A stretch of 64,000 nucleotides of DNA from assembly GCF_036588685.1 (NCBI RefSeq), contig NC_086375.1, positions 59,582,001 through 59,646,000 of the forward strand, in the 5' to 3' direction. The stretch is from Mytilus trossulus. Lineage: Eukaryota. The notes beneath the pieces are model-generated. The model was not told where the DNA came from. It worked only from the letters and a program-made list of their open reading frames with translations, and ran no database searches. Positions 1 through 13,295 of the stretch are shown here, piece after piece. The translations under genes and the position numbers were made by a program. Position 1 is the first letter of the stretch. Every line of letters begins with the position of its first letter.

Positions 1-87
1 TTATATGTTGTCAACATGAACATAACATTTGTAGGTTGTTTAGCAAGAGCTAAATTACTGTCTAGAAAGAAATCATGTGTATACTTA

Positions 88-350
88 TAGATTATTGTTG
101 GTTATCTCAACAAGATTGATTTTCTCACTTGAGCCTGTTACAGCAAAAGTGAGAAAAGCAATCAAGTTGAGATGACCAATGATAATCTGTTTATTGCTAC
201 TTTACCTATGACCATGTTGTCAATTTCATTAGCAACACCACATGGCCTCCTTAGTTTCTAGCGATAATTTTCCATCTCAAGCGAGTAGCATGATATGAAA
301 ATTATCACCAAAAAAAAATAAAAGGAAAAATGCACAAAATAGCGATAAAT
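88..350 (+). repeat. Hairpin-containing MITE-like repeat; an inverted copy lies at ~1480-1675
   Basis: ctcaacaagattgattttctc...gagaaaagcaatcaagttgag is internally palindromic, and the reverse complement of the block recurs at ~1480-1675. Confidence 0.55.
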
Positions 351-1732
351 ATATAAATATATCAATGATTCAATGTTCTCAGGACTTATTACATTAAAGT
401 GCTCATGTTGCAGGGCAGCAGGAGGATTATATTCTTAGCATGTTATAGACGTAAACATGGCCAAGAAAAGATGGTTATTAGATTTTTTCTGTGGTTTTTC
501 CAGTTAGGAAGATACAAGAACACCTGAATAACTTACTGATAAATCTAAATACTATAAATAACTTTAGCTTCCAGCATATTGAGAAAAAATCTACCCAACA
601 TATTTTAGAGACATCAGTCTAGAAACTTCTCATATTTTGGAAAATTTGCTACAGTTGATCTAAACAAACACACATTTCTGCTCTATGGTCGAGTTTTTCG
701 TCTCTTTGACACATTCCCTATTTCCATTTTTAATTTTATTGTAAAATTTTCCAAAAATGAAAATATTTTTTTTATTTTAAGGAGCACTAGTTGCCAAATT
801 CATGTTCACTAATTTGACTCAAATTCTCATATTTTATTTACAACAATGTAAAATATTTTTCCAAACTATCAAAAGTATAAAATAAACAATTTACAGGACA
901 TGGTCTAAATAAGATGTAGCTTCATTTCGTGTGAAATTTAGCCAAGACACCATCTAATTAACTATCGAGTTGACCTTCTATGACCATATAAGCGATGTAA
1001 ACATAAACATAGATATGAATAGATTTAGCAACTTGTGCAATCATATTTTTATAGGTAAGTTAAATTTTGTATTGTATATTAAAAGTTTATGTTAATCGTC
1101 GTTTTTACCTTTATAAGAATGATTTTGTGTGGATCGAATCAGTTAATAAAATTATTTACCTAGTTTCACTTTCAATGTTGACATTCTTTTCCTTTAAATA
1201 CCCGTACACGATCAATGCATGCATTATTCTATCTCTTTTTACGCGGTTAAATTCGAGGTCACATAAATATGGATTTAATGAGGTCGAGTTAAGTCATTAT
1301 CAATGTTTATTAGCTTAATTTGACAAAATTGAACCATTTTAGCTGATAAAAGCAAATTATTATTTCACTTTTTCACATTCATTAATGATTAAAACAAAAA
1401 AATCACACTTTTGATTTTTTGTATACAATGTATCTCAAGCAAATTTTCCGTTGATCTTACTGACTGATCATTTTCTTTCACAGCACAGTAGAGTGATATG
1501 AAAAATTATCAAGGCCGCAAGTGCCTGTTGTCAATGAAATTAACAACATCCTCATTTGTAAAATAGCAATACACAGATTATCATTGGTCATCTCAACTCA
1601 ATTGCTTTTTTCACTTTTGCCGTACCAGCTCAAGCAAGAAAATCAATCTTGTTGAGAAAATTAACAATAATTTACAATTATCATTCATCCTACTCCTTAA
1701 TCTTAATTATATAATTTTCATTAAATACATAC

Positions 1733-3829
1733 AAGATAAATTTGGCATAAATTTTCCCAGGAAACTTGTATAAGAAGAACTGCTTGGTGATTGGGTAATA
1801 GATGTAGAGGTTTTATCATCCTGTAGACTGGTGTTCTCTTCAGAAATGTCATCCTCTCTATCATCTGGAAGAAGAACAAGACTTAAAATATACAAAACAG
1901 AAGTTCAATATGTGCAAATTAGTATGAACATAAAAGTGCTTAGTATGTATCTTACATAATAATTATGCCCAATTTATGGTCATTATGTTTTCAGGTCGGT
2001 GCAGCATTCGTTCATCTTTTTCTCCGTCCATTAGTCCATCCCTCTTCAGGTTAAAGTATTTTTGTCTTTCAGGTTGAAGTTTTTGGTCAAGGTAGTTTTT
2101 TTGAGAAAGTTGAAGTCCAATTAATGTTTCCTATTATATGATTTTTTAAATTTTACCCAAATTTTGCAGTCCTCTGAACATTGAATATGATAGTGCGTAT
2201 GGGTCATCCATGTACTATGGACACATTCTTGTTTAATATTTTTTACAATTTATTTAAGAAAAAATTTCATCATGCCATACTCAATGTTAATTTTAACATT
2301 GATTATGTTTGAAGACAATTACTAGGCATTATATTTCAATGATATCGTCAAGTGTAAGGGATATGTTTTAACATTGGCAATAATTTCAATTCTAATAGTA
2401 AAACTCATTGTTAGTGTCCACGTAGGAATTTGATATCTAAGTCAAGTTTTGATATATAAATAAATGCCTCTATTTATTTATCTATGTAATAGCGATGAAC
2501 AGTCATTTTATTACCTGCCATATGGATTGGTGTTAAACCTTGTAAAGACTCTATTAGAGACCTGTAAGTCTCTTTGTTTTTTAGCTTACTAATGTTCTTG
2601 AACTCTGTCTCAAAGGTATAAAACATAATGATCCACTTTATTCATGAAAAAAAACCACAAAAGCTGTACATTGGGACAATGTAACATACTTTGTACTTTG
2701 TATTTAAGAAATAATTCCATCATGCCATACTCTATGTTAATTTTAACATTGATCATTTTTTAAGACAATTACTAGGCATTGTATTTCATCCATATGGTCA
2801 AATGTTAGGGATGTTTCAACATTGGCAATAATTTCAATTCTAATAGTGAAATTCATTGTAATAAAATTAACGGTACCAATTTTCTTGCACCAGATGCGCA
2901 TTTCGACAATACATGTCTCTTCAGTGATGCTCGTGGCCAAAAGATTTGAAATCCAAAGCTTATATAAAAGATGAAGAGCTATGTAAGTGTCCTTTCTTTC
3001 TTATGTTGTACTTTAAATACCAATGTCCCAGGTTAGGGGAGGGTTGGGATCCCGCTTATATGTATGTGCCTGTCCCAAGGCTGTTAGTTTTCTCGTTTGA
3101 ATTGTTTTACATTGTCATTTCTGGGCCTTTTATAGCTGACTATGTGGTATAGTCTTTGCTCATTGTTGAAGGCCATGCGGTGACCTACAGTTGTTAATTT
3201 CTGTGTCGTTTTGGTCCTTTGTTGAGAGTTGTCTCATTGGCAATCATACCACACCTTTTTTTATATTTTTACATATAAAAAAAACCAGCAGGTACATGTA
3301 AGTTAGGATTCTCTCTAAGATACTTTTAGGATGAAAGCCACCTGTTTCTGATTACCCCATTGGACAATAACTTAAATAGTTCCAATCTTACGATCTAATC
3401 TATGTGTTCATCCAATTGCAAACGCATACATGTATATCTATTTGAAGTAATTTAACAAATGGTAAAACATTGACAAGTATCATGAGTATTATTCCTTATT
3501 TTTAACAGCTAAAGTAAAGTACAGATGAACATAGTACTCATCTTAACCCTATCCAAGACACATCATGGGGACACATATGGGTTTCTAAAATGGAGCATCC
3601 AGGACACATGTATGCTCCTTAACCAAACTACTAGGAGTTCTTGCATACAGTGTCAAATATATATGTTCTATGGATAGAACCATTTTAAATCTAAAAAATC
3701 ATTGATAATGTTAGAAAATGTCAGAGAATAGTGTAAATTGTATAAACCTTCATTTACTCCTTCATCAGAAAGTCTACTTCTCTTTTCTGCTGGCTCATCT
3801 GACTCTGTTGGATTCTTTCTTTTAAACAT
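1733..3829 (-). CDS. 5' coding exons of an unidentified gene continuing off the left edge: join(3748..3829,1733..1864), MFKRKNPTESDEPAEKRSRLSDEGVNEDDREDDISEENTSLQDDKTSTSITQSPSSSSYTSFLGKFMPNLS...
   Basis: Two exons with pyrimidine-rich AG acceptors (ctttttatttccag, cttcttccag) and GT donors. Phases match (1/1) and the joined frame is open. The N-terminus has a bipartite NLS-like motif (KRK...KRSR) followed by acidic and Ser-rich sequence. No family recognised. Confidence 0.6.
1960..2235 (+). mobile_element. Short Helentron/HINE-like element, same family as 52182-53048
   Basis: Shares the tatgccc...cattatgtttt start, the gttaaagtttttggtcaaggtag core and the gtactatggacacattcttgtt end with the 52.2-kb copy. 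Confidence 0.6.
2887..2930 (-). ncRNA. Minimal type I hammerhead ribozyme, family 2, intact core
   Basis: Minus strand reads GCATCA-CTGAAGA-GACA tgtat TGTC-GAAA-TGCGCA-TC-TGGTGC. It has a 6-bp stem I, the CUGANGA core, a 4-bp stem II, GAAA, a palindromic stem III and an AUC cleavage triplet. Confidence 0.8.
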
Positions 3830-5149
3830 CTTTATTAATCATTCATTGTTTTATAACTGGAAATAAAAAGATTCTCTATTACTCTAACATGTCTAAAAAA
3901 TCAAATTGTTTCTAACATGTCTAAAAAATCAAATAGTTAATATTTTATTTTTTTAATTACATTTACTTTATACCAATGCAATGCAAATATTCAGTTTTCT
4001 CATGAATCTAATTCTATTGCCAAAGCACTGTAAGTTCTAATAACATGAATAAAACATGAATGACCAATTTAAACTGCCATTTTATTTCTGATTATTTGTC
4101 AGACCTGCCAACTATCCCAATTTATTAGGGATATCCCCATGAGAGGAATTTAGTTTCTTTTTTACTTGTAACTTGAACACATCAAAACAAGCATTAACAG
4201 TGAATTTGATAAAGGGGTATTACAGCACAAACATGTACATATATTGATTCAAACAAGCATTAACATTGATAAAGGGGTTTTAAAGCACAAACATGTACAT
4301 ATATTGATTCAAACAATAAAGAGGTAGATTAATAACACTTATATTATAATAACACAGTAGCCTTAGTTCCTGTTTTGCTTAAAATCCTAATTTATTTTAC
4401 AAATGATGCCCCCTCTGAGTCTGGCATAAAACATTAGAATGGGACATAACTCTGTCTCAAGAAATGTAAAAGTAACATCTGACATTCTGACACCCAAATG
4501 CTATATCTTGATCTTAGTTTTGTGGTAATAATTATATATATACAAGCATTGAAACATTTGGTTGAGGCAACTTAAGCATTGTTAAGTAAGAGAAAGGAAA
4601 CAAAAAAATCAGCAACTCTCCATTTGTAGAGGGGTATATCTTTAGAAAAGCAACAGTGACGCCACCCAAATTCAAACTTGATTTGTGCTTTTTTAGTACA
4701 TGTAATTATCATAGGGTATCAGTTTCCTAACATTTGGTTGAGGCAATTTAAAGTTAAAAAACAAAAACCAATATAGGGATGTACATACATGTACTTACAG
4801 ACATACAAAAGTCACACTTATTCCCCCTTTTTTGAACAGGGGGCATATAAATGCTGTCTATTGTCAAAAATATCAACAGGGTTATTACTGGCTCCTATGA
4901 AGTTTAATCTTTGTAAAATATTTCTATACATAAAGAAATTTTTAATCAGGGTCGCAAAAAAGCATATACATTGTATGTACATATAAATTCTAATGCAACA
5001 ACGTTTGTAACGCTCATTTTGATTGGATAACGTCACTTTCTTACATGGCATCAATTGATGCTATGGGACGTACGCGCAAGCGCAGACGGCATATGACAGA
5101 TTTTAAATCCATGTTTTAACACTGTTTTCTGTCAGTTTCATTAGAATGG

Positions 5150-5312
5150 AGATAACAATATTGTATTTTAAGCTCCGACGGCATCAATTTGGGATTTGAT
5201 GGTCGCAAATACCCGTTTACTGTCTCCGCTAACGCATCGCCAGTAAACTTAATTTGCGACCATCAAATCCCCAATTGATGCAGTCGGAGCTTAAAATACA
5301 ATACAGTTATCT
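5150..5312. repeat. Long hairpin (MITE-like)
   Basis: attgtattttaagctccgacggcatcaatttgggatttgatggtcgcaaat pairs with atttgcgaccatcaaatccccaattgatgcagtcggagcttaaaatacaat. Confidence 0.7.
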
Positions 5313-7038
5313 CCTAATTGAAGAAATCACTTTCTTTCTTCCAGTCTCATGAGACTTTGAATCATTCATATTTAATCATATATTTATTAGTCTATTAAAA
5401 TATAGGAAGGAGCAGAATAACAATTTCATCTTTAACAGTTCTTTGATAAGAAAAACGTTGATCGTGTAACGGTTTATTTCTTCCTCTATGATATTTTATC
5501 CTGAGGATAATTTGTCACAGTAATCTTTTTTCCAGGCATGGTATTTTGCAGGTAAAATTTTTCCAGATGAGTGAAAATCTATCTGTGTTATGCAGATAGT
5601 ATGTACCGGTATATATTTGCTGTTACAGTGTATCATATAATATTTCACAGAACCTTGTGAAATATAGTCCCATTAACTAGTATGTAAGTTACTCGCAATC
5701 AATATATTCCTGACTTTAATTATAAAATGTTTCACATAGGTAAAGCAAATTTGCATAATTTATCAAAAAGGAGGTAATTATGAGCAATTTATATATATAT
5801 TTTTTTATATTTTCGTTTATATAACAAGATGACTTACAACATGAATTCTTTAATAAGACAGATAACATTTCACAGGTAAATATTACATGTATGCAGCTGT
5901 AAAAATTGCACTTGTTTTAATATATTGTTATGCTATAATTTATATAATCAGCAACAACATCTTTGTCCCCAGACCATTGTTAAAAATATTATCATAATCA
6001 AATTCTTCCATTACTGTTAAAAGTTGTAAAGCAGCTATATTTCTACCTTTACGTTTTAATTTCTATTTTTACTGAGATCTTAAAACAACTCACTGTTACA
6101 TGTATGTATTTCTCTTACCTTATTTAGTCATGATATTATTTCACAAATTACGATCTTAGAAATTATTTCTGGTTTTCTTTCTTATGTTTGATGATAATTT
6201 TCTTTTTAAAAGAATGATATTAACTTGAATTTTTTCAGGAAAATTTTTCAATAATAATTTGTGAAATAATTCCCATTATAATACATTTTGTTTAAACAAA
6301 ATTGGTTTAATTCAAATTTATACACCATTATTATTTCAAAGTTTTGTACAGGATAAGTTTTTTCTAATAACTATACAATAAGTTAACTACCCAGATAGAA
6401 TTTCACGGCAAAGGAAAACATATCCCAGGGAAATATTTTCCTCCCGATCAAAAAATAACAACAACTATTGTGACATTTTTTCCTCCAGAACAAATTTCAC
6501 TCAGATGTAATTTTGCTTTACAATAGCATTTCTTTGATGTTATAAAAAAAGATATCATAACTAAAATCCCTACCCTAACAGTAGAATCTAAATCTGAAAG
6601 ATTACAGTAGTTTGGGTTTTTTTAACAGATCTTGAAGTTAAAATATGTTTGAATTAAAAAAAATATATTTATGGACTTCGTCCTCTTTCACATGTAAATT
6701 ATGGTCTCATTCTTACCCAATGCATACCTGTGCTCAATAATCGCATATGCTCCTCTTATTGGAAACTAAAAACTTAATATCTAAACTTCTAAATGATCTA
6801 GCATGGAAATTTTTGGAATCAGATCTTTTTTTAAATCTAGAAGGGTTTCCCTCGAGAATTGAAAGTGAAAGTGAAAGCAAGTATAATGTCTAAGAAATAA
6901 TGCATGAGTTTGATCATTGAAAATTAATGAATTGTGCTCGAAATGCCTAGTATTTTTTGTATGCATAAAATTAAACTAACAGCAGAAAACTGGGTTCTTT
7001 CTGTTAAACAGTTGTTTGCAAAATTAATTTCTGTTTAC

Positions 7039-7174
7039 ACCGGAAGTAGTGTCTAAACGTCTTTGGTATCGGTGACACTAGTGTATGATTTTCCGGAAAT
7101 GGACAGTTAATGTGTTTGTCTAAACTAAATTATATAATTTGACATTTATGAGGACGTTTGTCTTTCAGGAAGTC
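7039..7174. promoter_or_regulatory. Cluster of ETS-type motifs; candidate housekeeping promoter of the left-hand minus-strand gene
   Basis: ACCGGAAGT (7039), TTTCCGGAAA (~7090) and CAGGAAGT (~7167) lie within 140 bp. A candidate minus-strand first-exon donor (CAG|gtatgc) is near 6727. Confidence 0.35.
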
Positions 7175-7253
7175 TGTATCGCCCAGTTTGTTGTTTCATC
7201 CAGAAGACTGATAAAATGCAACAATAATATATTTTTGTTGCATTGAAACTGCA

Positions 7254-8450
7254 TTGCATAGAAACACTAAAAGCATTGATTCCGTGACAACTGAAATTAT
7301 TGATATCGGATTACCAACACATTCTTCATCACCAATGACCAATGATATTCAGAAAAATCAAACCAAATCATCATCATCTAAAAAGCAAATCAAAAAGAAA
7401 AAAGACCATCGTACACGGCAAAAAAACTCAGAACCACTGAGTCTGCAGTACTTACGATACTGGAATTTTCAGTCAATGAACATGATGAAAGAACAAATAA
7501 CCTCAAGTAGAACTTTGGCATTATCAATACGAATACATCCCAGCCTCCAAATACAATATCTATACAAAAAAAAACCACCAGAAAAGATAGCTGTGGGGGA
7601 GTGTTACTGGCTATCTCAAACCAGCTTACATCTACACAAATCACAAATACGGGTACCGACCTAGACGTCGATACAAATTGTGAAAATGTTTCGGCGCCCT
7701 CGAAAAATTCATATGAAGGAAACAAAACACTCTTCCTATGCTCCTACTATCGACCAACATCCGATAAAGGAGAATCCTTAGAACAACTTGGTATATCACT
7801 AAATAAAGTCTTATGCAATAAAACGAACCCAAATATATGGCGATCAGTTTAATCTTGGCCACATAGACTGGAATACACCAGCAGTCATACCTTGTAAATC
7901 TGATGCTTCACTACACCAACAACTCCTTGACATATCAAATGACAACAATTAAAACCGGTAGTAAAAAGAACACCCGAAACGACACAACACAAGACCTGCT
8001 GTGTATGACCATCCATCATTTGTCAATCGAGTCGAAACATTATCACCAATTTGAGCGAGCGACCATTGACATCGTTTACAGTGAAATAGATTTAGCACTG
8101 CCTCAAAATAAACAACAGACTAACAAAATATTTAACTACAAAAAGGCAAATTGGGACCAAATAGAAAAAGACCTCACCGAAACACACAAACAGCAAAACA
8201 AGATCAAAATAAAATGAGTTTCGATGAACCATTACAAACATCCAAAGTCTATTGATAAGAATATTCCTAAAAAAAAAAGCATTAGTCATAAATCAAAACT
8301 ACTTTGGATAAATAACCAACCAAAAAAGCTGATTAACAAGAAAAACAAACTAAACAAAAAGAAAAAAAAGGAAATTCCAGTACAAAAAACAATATCAAGA
8401 AATTAAAATTAAGCTCCAAAAAGAAATGAGAAAAACTCCTACTGAGAGAA
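7254..8450 (+). mobile_element. Degraded non-LTR retrotransposon (CR1/L2-like) apurinic endonuclease region
   Basis: Frameshifted motifs LCSYYRP, FNLGHIDW, QDLLCMT and FNYKKANW match the LINE ORF2 endonuclease and linker. Confidence 0.7.
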
Positions 8451-8699
8451 AAGAGCATGCTCTTGGTGTTAATTTTTGCTGAACAGTGTTTGTCTAGAAA
8501 AGTTTAAAATTTCTTCTTCTCATTCTTCTTCCATATACAGTTCATACCACTTTCTGGTGTATTTTCGAACTGATGCGTGGTGCAGACAAACCAATATTTA
8601 CAGTGCATTTAAACATAGTTTGTACAATTAAAATCGCACACAATCCTTTTAAATACAACTTTGTCTTCTGGAACTCACACTTGAATGTGTCAATTTAGT

Positions 8700-9725
8700 T
8701 GCAGGCTACAGTAGTTGGTGGCAGGCTGTTCCATAATCTGGTATAGCTGCGTCCTTGCAAATGGAACAATAAATCTTTGGTTTTGTCCTCTTAATGTTGC
8801 TGCTTTTTGAATTAGGCAAGATGTTGGTATTGCAACCAGGTTGAAATATGCAGTACATCATTATTACTTTGTTCGTAGCTCTGCGCTCTTGTAGGGTTGG
8901 CCATTGCAGCTGGTGTAATGGGTTTGTTACACGGGTGGTTCGATGGTAGTCACAGTAACAAATTTTTCTGCCCTACGTTGTACCATTTCCAGGTTATGAA
9001 TGTTATTTGCTGTTTGTGGATCCCAAATGATGCTGGCATACTCCACATCTGCGGTCTCACAACGGTCTTGAAGCAGAGTTCCTTTGTCTTTCGTGGGCAT
9101 TGGTATGTATTTCTCTGCAGAAAAGCCCTGGTGTTTTTGGCTTTCCACACTACTTGGTCTATGTGAGTAGTCCACTTCAGTTTGTGGTGGGTGTTAGCTC
9201 CGAGAAATTTTGCGCATTCGAGTTCCTCTAAGACGTGACCATGGATGTTATATGGCTGTCTAAATGTTTTTCTCTTGTTGGTAATGTGAATGACTTGACA
9301 TTATTTGGGATGGAATTCTATGAGCCAATCATTCTCCCATTCTTGTAGGGTCTTCATATCTTTTTGTAGTAGATGTGCATCTGTGCTTCTTTTTTTCCCC
9401 TGTACAAGACGCAGTTATATTTATTTCCCTGTACAAGACGCAGTTATAGGCAAATAGTCTAACTGATGATGTGTTGACTGTGTAATCTGGAAGGTCATTT
9501 ATGTATGAAAGAAATAGGATGGGCCCCAAGAAGCTACCCTGTTGACCTCCTAATTGGACAGGTGCAGTGTTGGATCTTTCGTTTCTGAGGACGACGTGTT
9601 GTGTCGTATTCCGTAATGGTGTAGTTTATGCACAAGTCGTTTATGTGGTACATTGTCGAATGCCATAGAGAAGTCGAAGAGAATGACATCTGTTTTTTCC
9701 GGTATTATCGACTGTTTCTAGCTGC
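8700..9725 (-). mobile_element. Degraded non-LTR retrotransposon (CR1/L2-like) reverse transcriptase, C-terminal half
   Basis: Motifs DFSMAFDNVPHKRL, QQGSFLGPILFLSYINDLPD, VRLFA(Y/D)NCVLYREI, KTVVRPQ/EYASIIWDP and LEMVQRRA, with multiple frameshifts. Confidence 0.85.
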
Positions 9726-9959
9726 TTCTCTGTAGCCTACCCGGCTATTTAACGGGACTAAAAATATTTTTTCTCAAGAGCCTTACACAGTACTGGAATG
9801 GTTCAAAATATTGTTGTTTTGAATGTAGATAAGCTTTTTCATACTTTAGTAATTACTCTAAATGTTTACTTTATGCCTTAGATTTTGCATGTGAAAAAAT
9901 CACAATAATCGCCTAGAGAGGACAACATCTAAGTGTCAAATGATGGGCAAAAAAAAAAC

Positions 9960-11070
9960 ACTACTTTGATTCAAACTAAAACAAATCTCCGAAGCTGACA
10001 TCATCAAAGTGCTTGATTTTTTACAACATATAGCAGCTATGTTTGTATGTCGTGCTTTTCAACAGAAAATCGATATTTCTAAGGAAACCAACAGACAAAA
10101 GTGTTCGCAACTGTATCATTGAAAGGGGTGAAAATACCACTGATACAGATAAGTCTGCATATTTTGACTATTTTATTTATCATGTCTGTTTAGTTCACGC
10201 ATCATTGTAAATATAACGGAATTTGATGAGACTGATAACAAAGTGAGAGGTTTATCGCAATAAAACCTCGTTTAATCCACCATTTTCTACGTTTGAGAAT
10301 GCCTGTACCAAGTCATGAATATGACAGTTCTTGTCCATTCGTTTTTGATGTGTTTTGTCATTTGATTTTACCGTGTGATTAGGGACTTTCCAATTTGATT
10401 TTCCTCTGAGTTCAGTATTTTTGTGTTTTTACTTTTCATATGAAAATTTAAAACAAAGGGTAGTCTTAGAACTTAACTTTAAGACAAAACATTGTGAACT
10501 TTCCATTCCTCGTAGAAACATTCAATCCGCTCCTGAATATTGAGCAAAGAGCTCACAGTTGATACTATGTACCAGGGTTTTTATTTCCTATTATGGTTCT
10601 TTGCTGCTCACAAGAAAGCTATTGAGTCTATCCTACTAAAGTTTATTTATTTGGGTTATAACTATTTTGATATGAGCGTCACTGGTGAGTCTTATGTAGA
10701 CGAAACGCGCGTCTGGCGTACTAAATTATAATCCTGGTACCTTTGATAACTATTTACGGTCACCACTATATTTTTTTGACATTTATGGAATACATTTGTC
10801 AATGTGACCGGGGTTACGTTCCTCTTGTTATAGTCAGAATAATTCTTTCCTTCTTTTCACCGATTGTGACATGACAAAATTTAAAATTTTCTTTACGAGT
10901 TTGAATTGCAATGAGTAACACGACGCATGCAAATAGTAGAACAGGAACATATTCTTATTCTTTTGAAGCCATGGTAGATGTGTTTTTAATAGAGGCTCGT
11001 ATTGCTTTTGATTTAGTTTTTAACTTTGTTTTTTGTGCTCTTTCATTTCAAGATATGTTGTCTGATCCTT
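9960..11070 (+). mobile_element. Old, fragmented Penelope-like element copy interrupted by other repeats
   Basis: Patchy nucleotide similarity to 31550-32500 (gctgacatcatcaaagtgcttgattttt, ttttcaacag, attgtgaactttccattcct). Confidence 0.5.
10674..10720 (+). ncRNA. Hammerhead ribozyme, family 1, core-mutated copy
   Basis: GAGCGTCA-CTGGTGA-GTCT tatgt AGAC-GAAA-CGCGCG-TC-TGGCGTA. The CUGAUGA core is changed to CUGGUGA. Confidence 0.7.
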
Positions 11071-11937
11071 CAAATGTATTGTTTTGTCCCCATTTTCATT
11101 TCAATTTCTAATTCATGTTCGATCAAGCTTTAGGGTTTTACTATTTACACGTATCGGTGATTTTTTTGGTAAAGTCCAAAAAAGAGATATTCATCAACAA
11201 AAGGTGCAAACAAGGGGTTAAAACAACCTAACGTCTTTCTGGGATGTATGAACTAAATGGAGCAGGATAACATTGATGCTAACGGCATAATCACAAACAA
11301 CACCAATGAGGAAACTAAAATCATAAACATTCCTTTACATACAATACTGTCAGGACAAGACAGTTATGAACCATGTACGAATACATCGCCAATAAAACTA
11401 AAACATGACAGAACGTACTATTAAACCTGGTACCTGAAACTGAGGAATCGACCTACATAAACAAAATAATACCATCCAATAAATACTGGACCAGACATAA
11501 TACCCACAAGTAGTCATATATCCCACACAAAGAACTGGTACCATATATTACATCTGTATACTTCAGCAAATCGAACAAAGCGAGATTGAATACTGTTAAA
11601 AAACTTGGCCGCAAGAGGATCATTCAAGTAGATATGACAATCGTTTATTTCTAGAAGGCCTCACAACTAAGTACTAGCGAAACTCACTAGTCACGGTATA
11701 ACAGCAAGGTGACTTTTATATCTTACCCTCACGCATCATTACATCAAGATAATTGCAATCGAGTAGTCGCTGCACATTAACATCCAAACAGTGACTATTT
11801 TGATTTTGATGTGCCACAAGGAACTGTCACTGTCAATAACAGATCTAACAGAATCACAGATTGTCAGACTTTAAGTGGATGCCCGATTGCTATCAAGACA
11901 CATAAAATCAACGAAAGACCCCCAGAAGTTGCAAAGG

Positions 11938-12568
11938 AAAGAGGGACGAAAGATACCAAAGGGACAGTCAAACTCATAAATCTAAAACAAACTGACAACG
12001 CCATGGCTAAATATGAGAAAGACAAACAGAAAAACAACAGTAAACATGACACAACATAGAAAACTAAATAATAAACAACACGAACCCCACCAAAAACTGG
12101 GGGTGATCTCAGGTGCTCTGGAAGGGTAAGCAGATCCTGCTCCACATGTGGCACCCGTCGTGTTGCTTATGTGATTACAAATCCGGTAAATAGTCTAATT
12201 CGGTAGGTCACATTCATGAAAGGGAAGGGGATTGTAGTTACGACGTAAGGAACATATCCGATAACATTTGTGGAACGGTTATTCCATAACGGTCAACCAA
12301 CTCGTGATGACGTCCGTAAAATTTACGAAGGAAGGGTTTTAACTTCACCATTTGGAACTCTTGGTTTTTGGTTTAATAGCTTCCTTGTGAGCGGTAACCC
12401 TCTATCAAGAAAATCATGATAGGAAATGCAAGCACGGGAATATCGTATCAATTGGGAGATATATACCCCTTATGCAGGTGCTGCTGGAATGTTGCTACTT
12501 AGAAATTGAAAGTTCACAATTGGAAAGCTTAGATCATCTCTTTTGTCGTAAAGTTTTGTTTTGCAACC
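11938..12568 (-). mobile_element. 3' fragment of the Penelope-like element (RT thumb plus 3' UTR)
   Basis: Reverse complement matches 31950-32509 (YDKRDD...KFYGRH...). Further 3'-end fragments lie at ~22778-23195(-), ~33035-33268(-), ~62920-63127(+), ~16865-17060(-) and ~18675-18890(-). Confidence 0.8.
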
Positions 12569-13250
12569 TTAGATATATGTATGAACATACAATACATTTG
12601 TGATTATAATACTAATGTGCCACAACGATTTGTCCTTTGACCTGAACTGTGCACTGCCATAAAAAGATTTACCAGAATAACAGGTTGTCCAACTACTTAC
12701 AGATAACCGATTGTTATTTCGACATATAAAATCAACAAAAGGCCTCCAGAATTTCCACGATTAGTTGCAATCTTACAGATATGTAAGAGTAATAATGCAT
12801 TAATGATAATTGTAATTTTGATGTGTCACAAAGAACTGTCCCTGGACCTTTACTGTTCACTACCAAAAACATTACCAGTATTACAGATTGTCCGACTATT
12901 TGCACATGACGGAATGCTATTTAGACACATTTTAAAAATAATAAAAAAGACATCCAGATTTTCCAAAATGAATTGCAGCCTTAGATAATAACATATAAGA
13001 CATTAAGATGAATTCCAAGAAATTTTACATAATGAAAAAAATGTGACATAAAACAAAATTGAACGAATAAGTTTGAGGTGGTACATATAATATTGCAGGG
13101 ATATATATAACAATGTTAAAACTGAAACCAGCTGAACGTTTAACTAACGCTCTATTGTTGTAGCCTATTTATTTAAAAGTTTTTTTGACCGTTTCATTGA
13201 TATATCAAATAAACTCATCGTAGAAACCAGGATTAAAAAATTCTATATTT

Positions 13251-13295
13251 AGGCCAGACGCGCGTTTCGTCTACAAAGACTCATCAGTAACGCTC
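13251..13295 (-). ncRNA. Hammerhead ribozyme, family 1, intact catalytic core
   Basis: Minus strand reads GAGCGTTA-CTGATGA-GTCT ttgt AGAC-GAAA-CGCGCG-TC-TGGCCT, with a GUC triplet. Stem I is weak (two G-U pairs). Confidence 0.75.

Noticed and set aside
7254-9725. Twin-priming inversion as the cause of the opposed LINE halves
   Set aside because: Twin priming leaves the segments joined at their 5' ends (divergent). Here they are convergent.
11864-12154. Hydrophobic ORFs (also 22741-22935 and 32273-32521) as a membrane-protein family
   Set aside because: They are translations of the T-rich 3' tail of the Penelope-like element, and frames are not conserved among copies.
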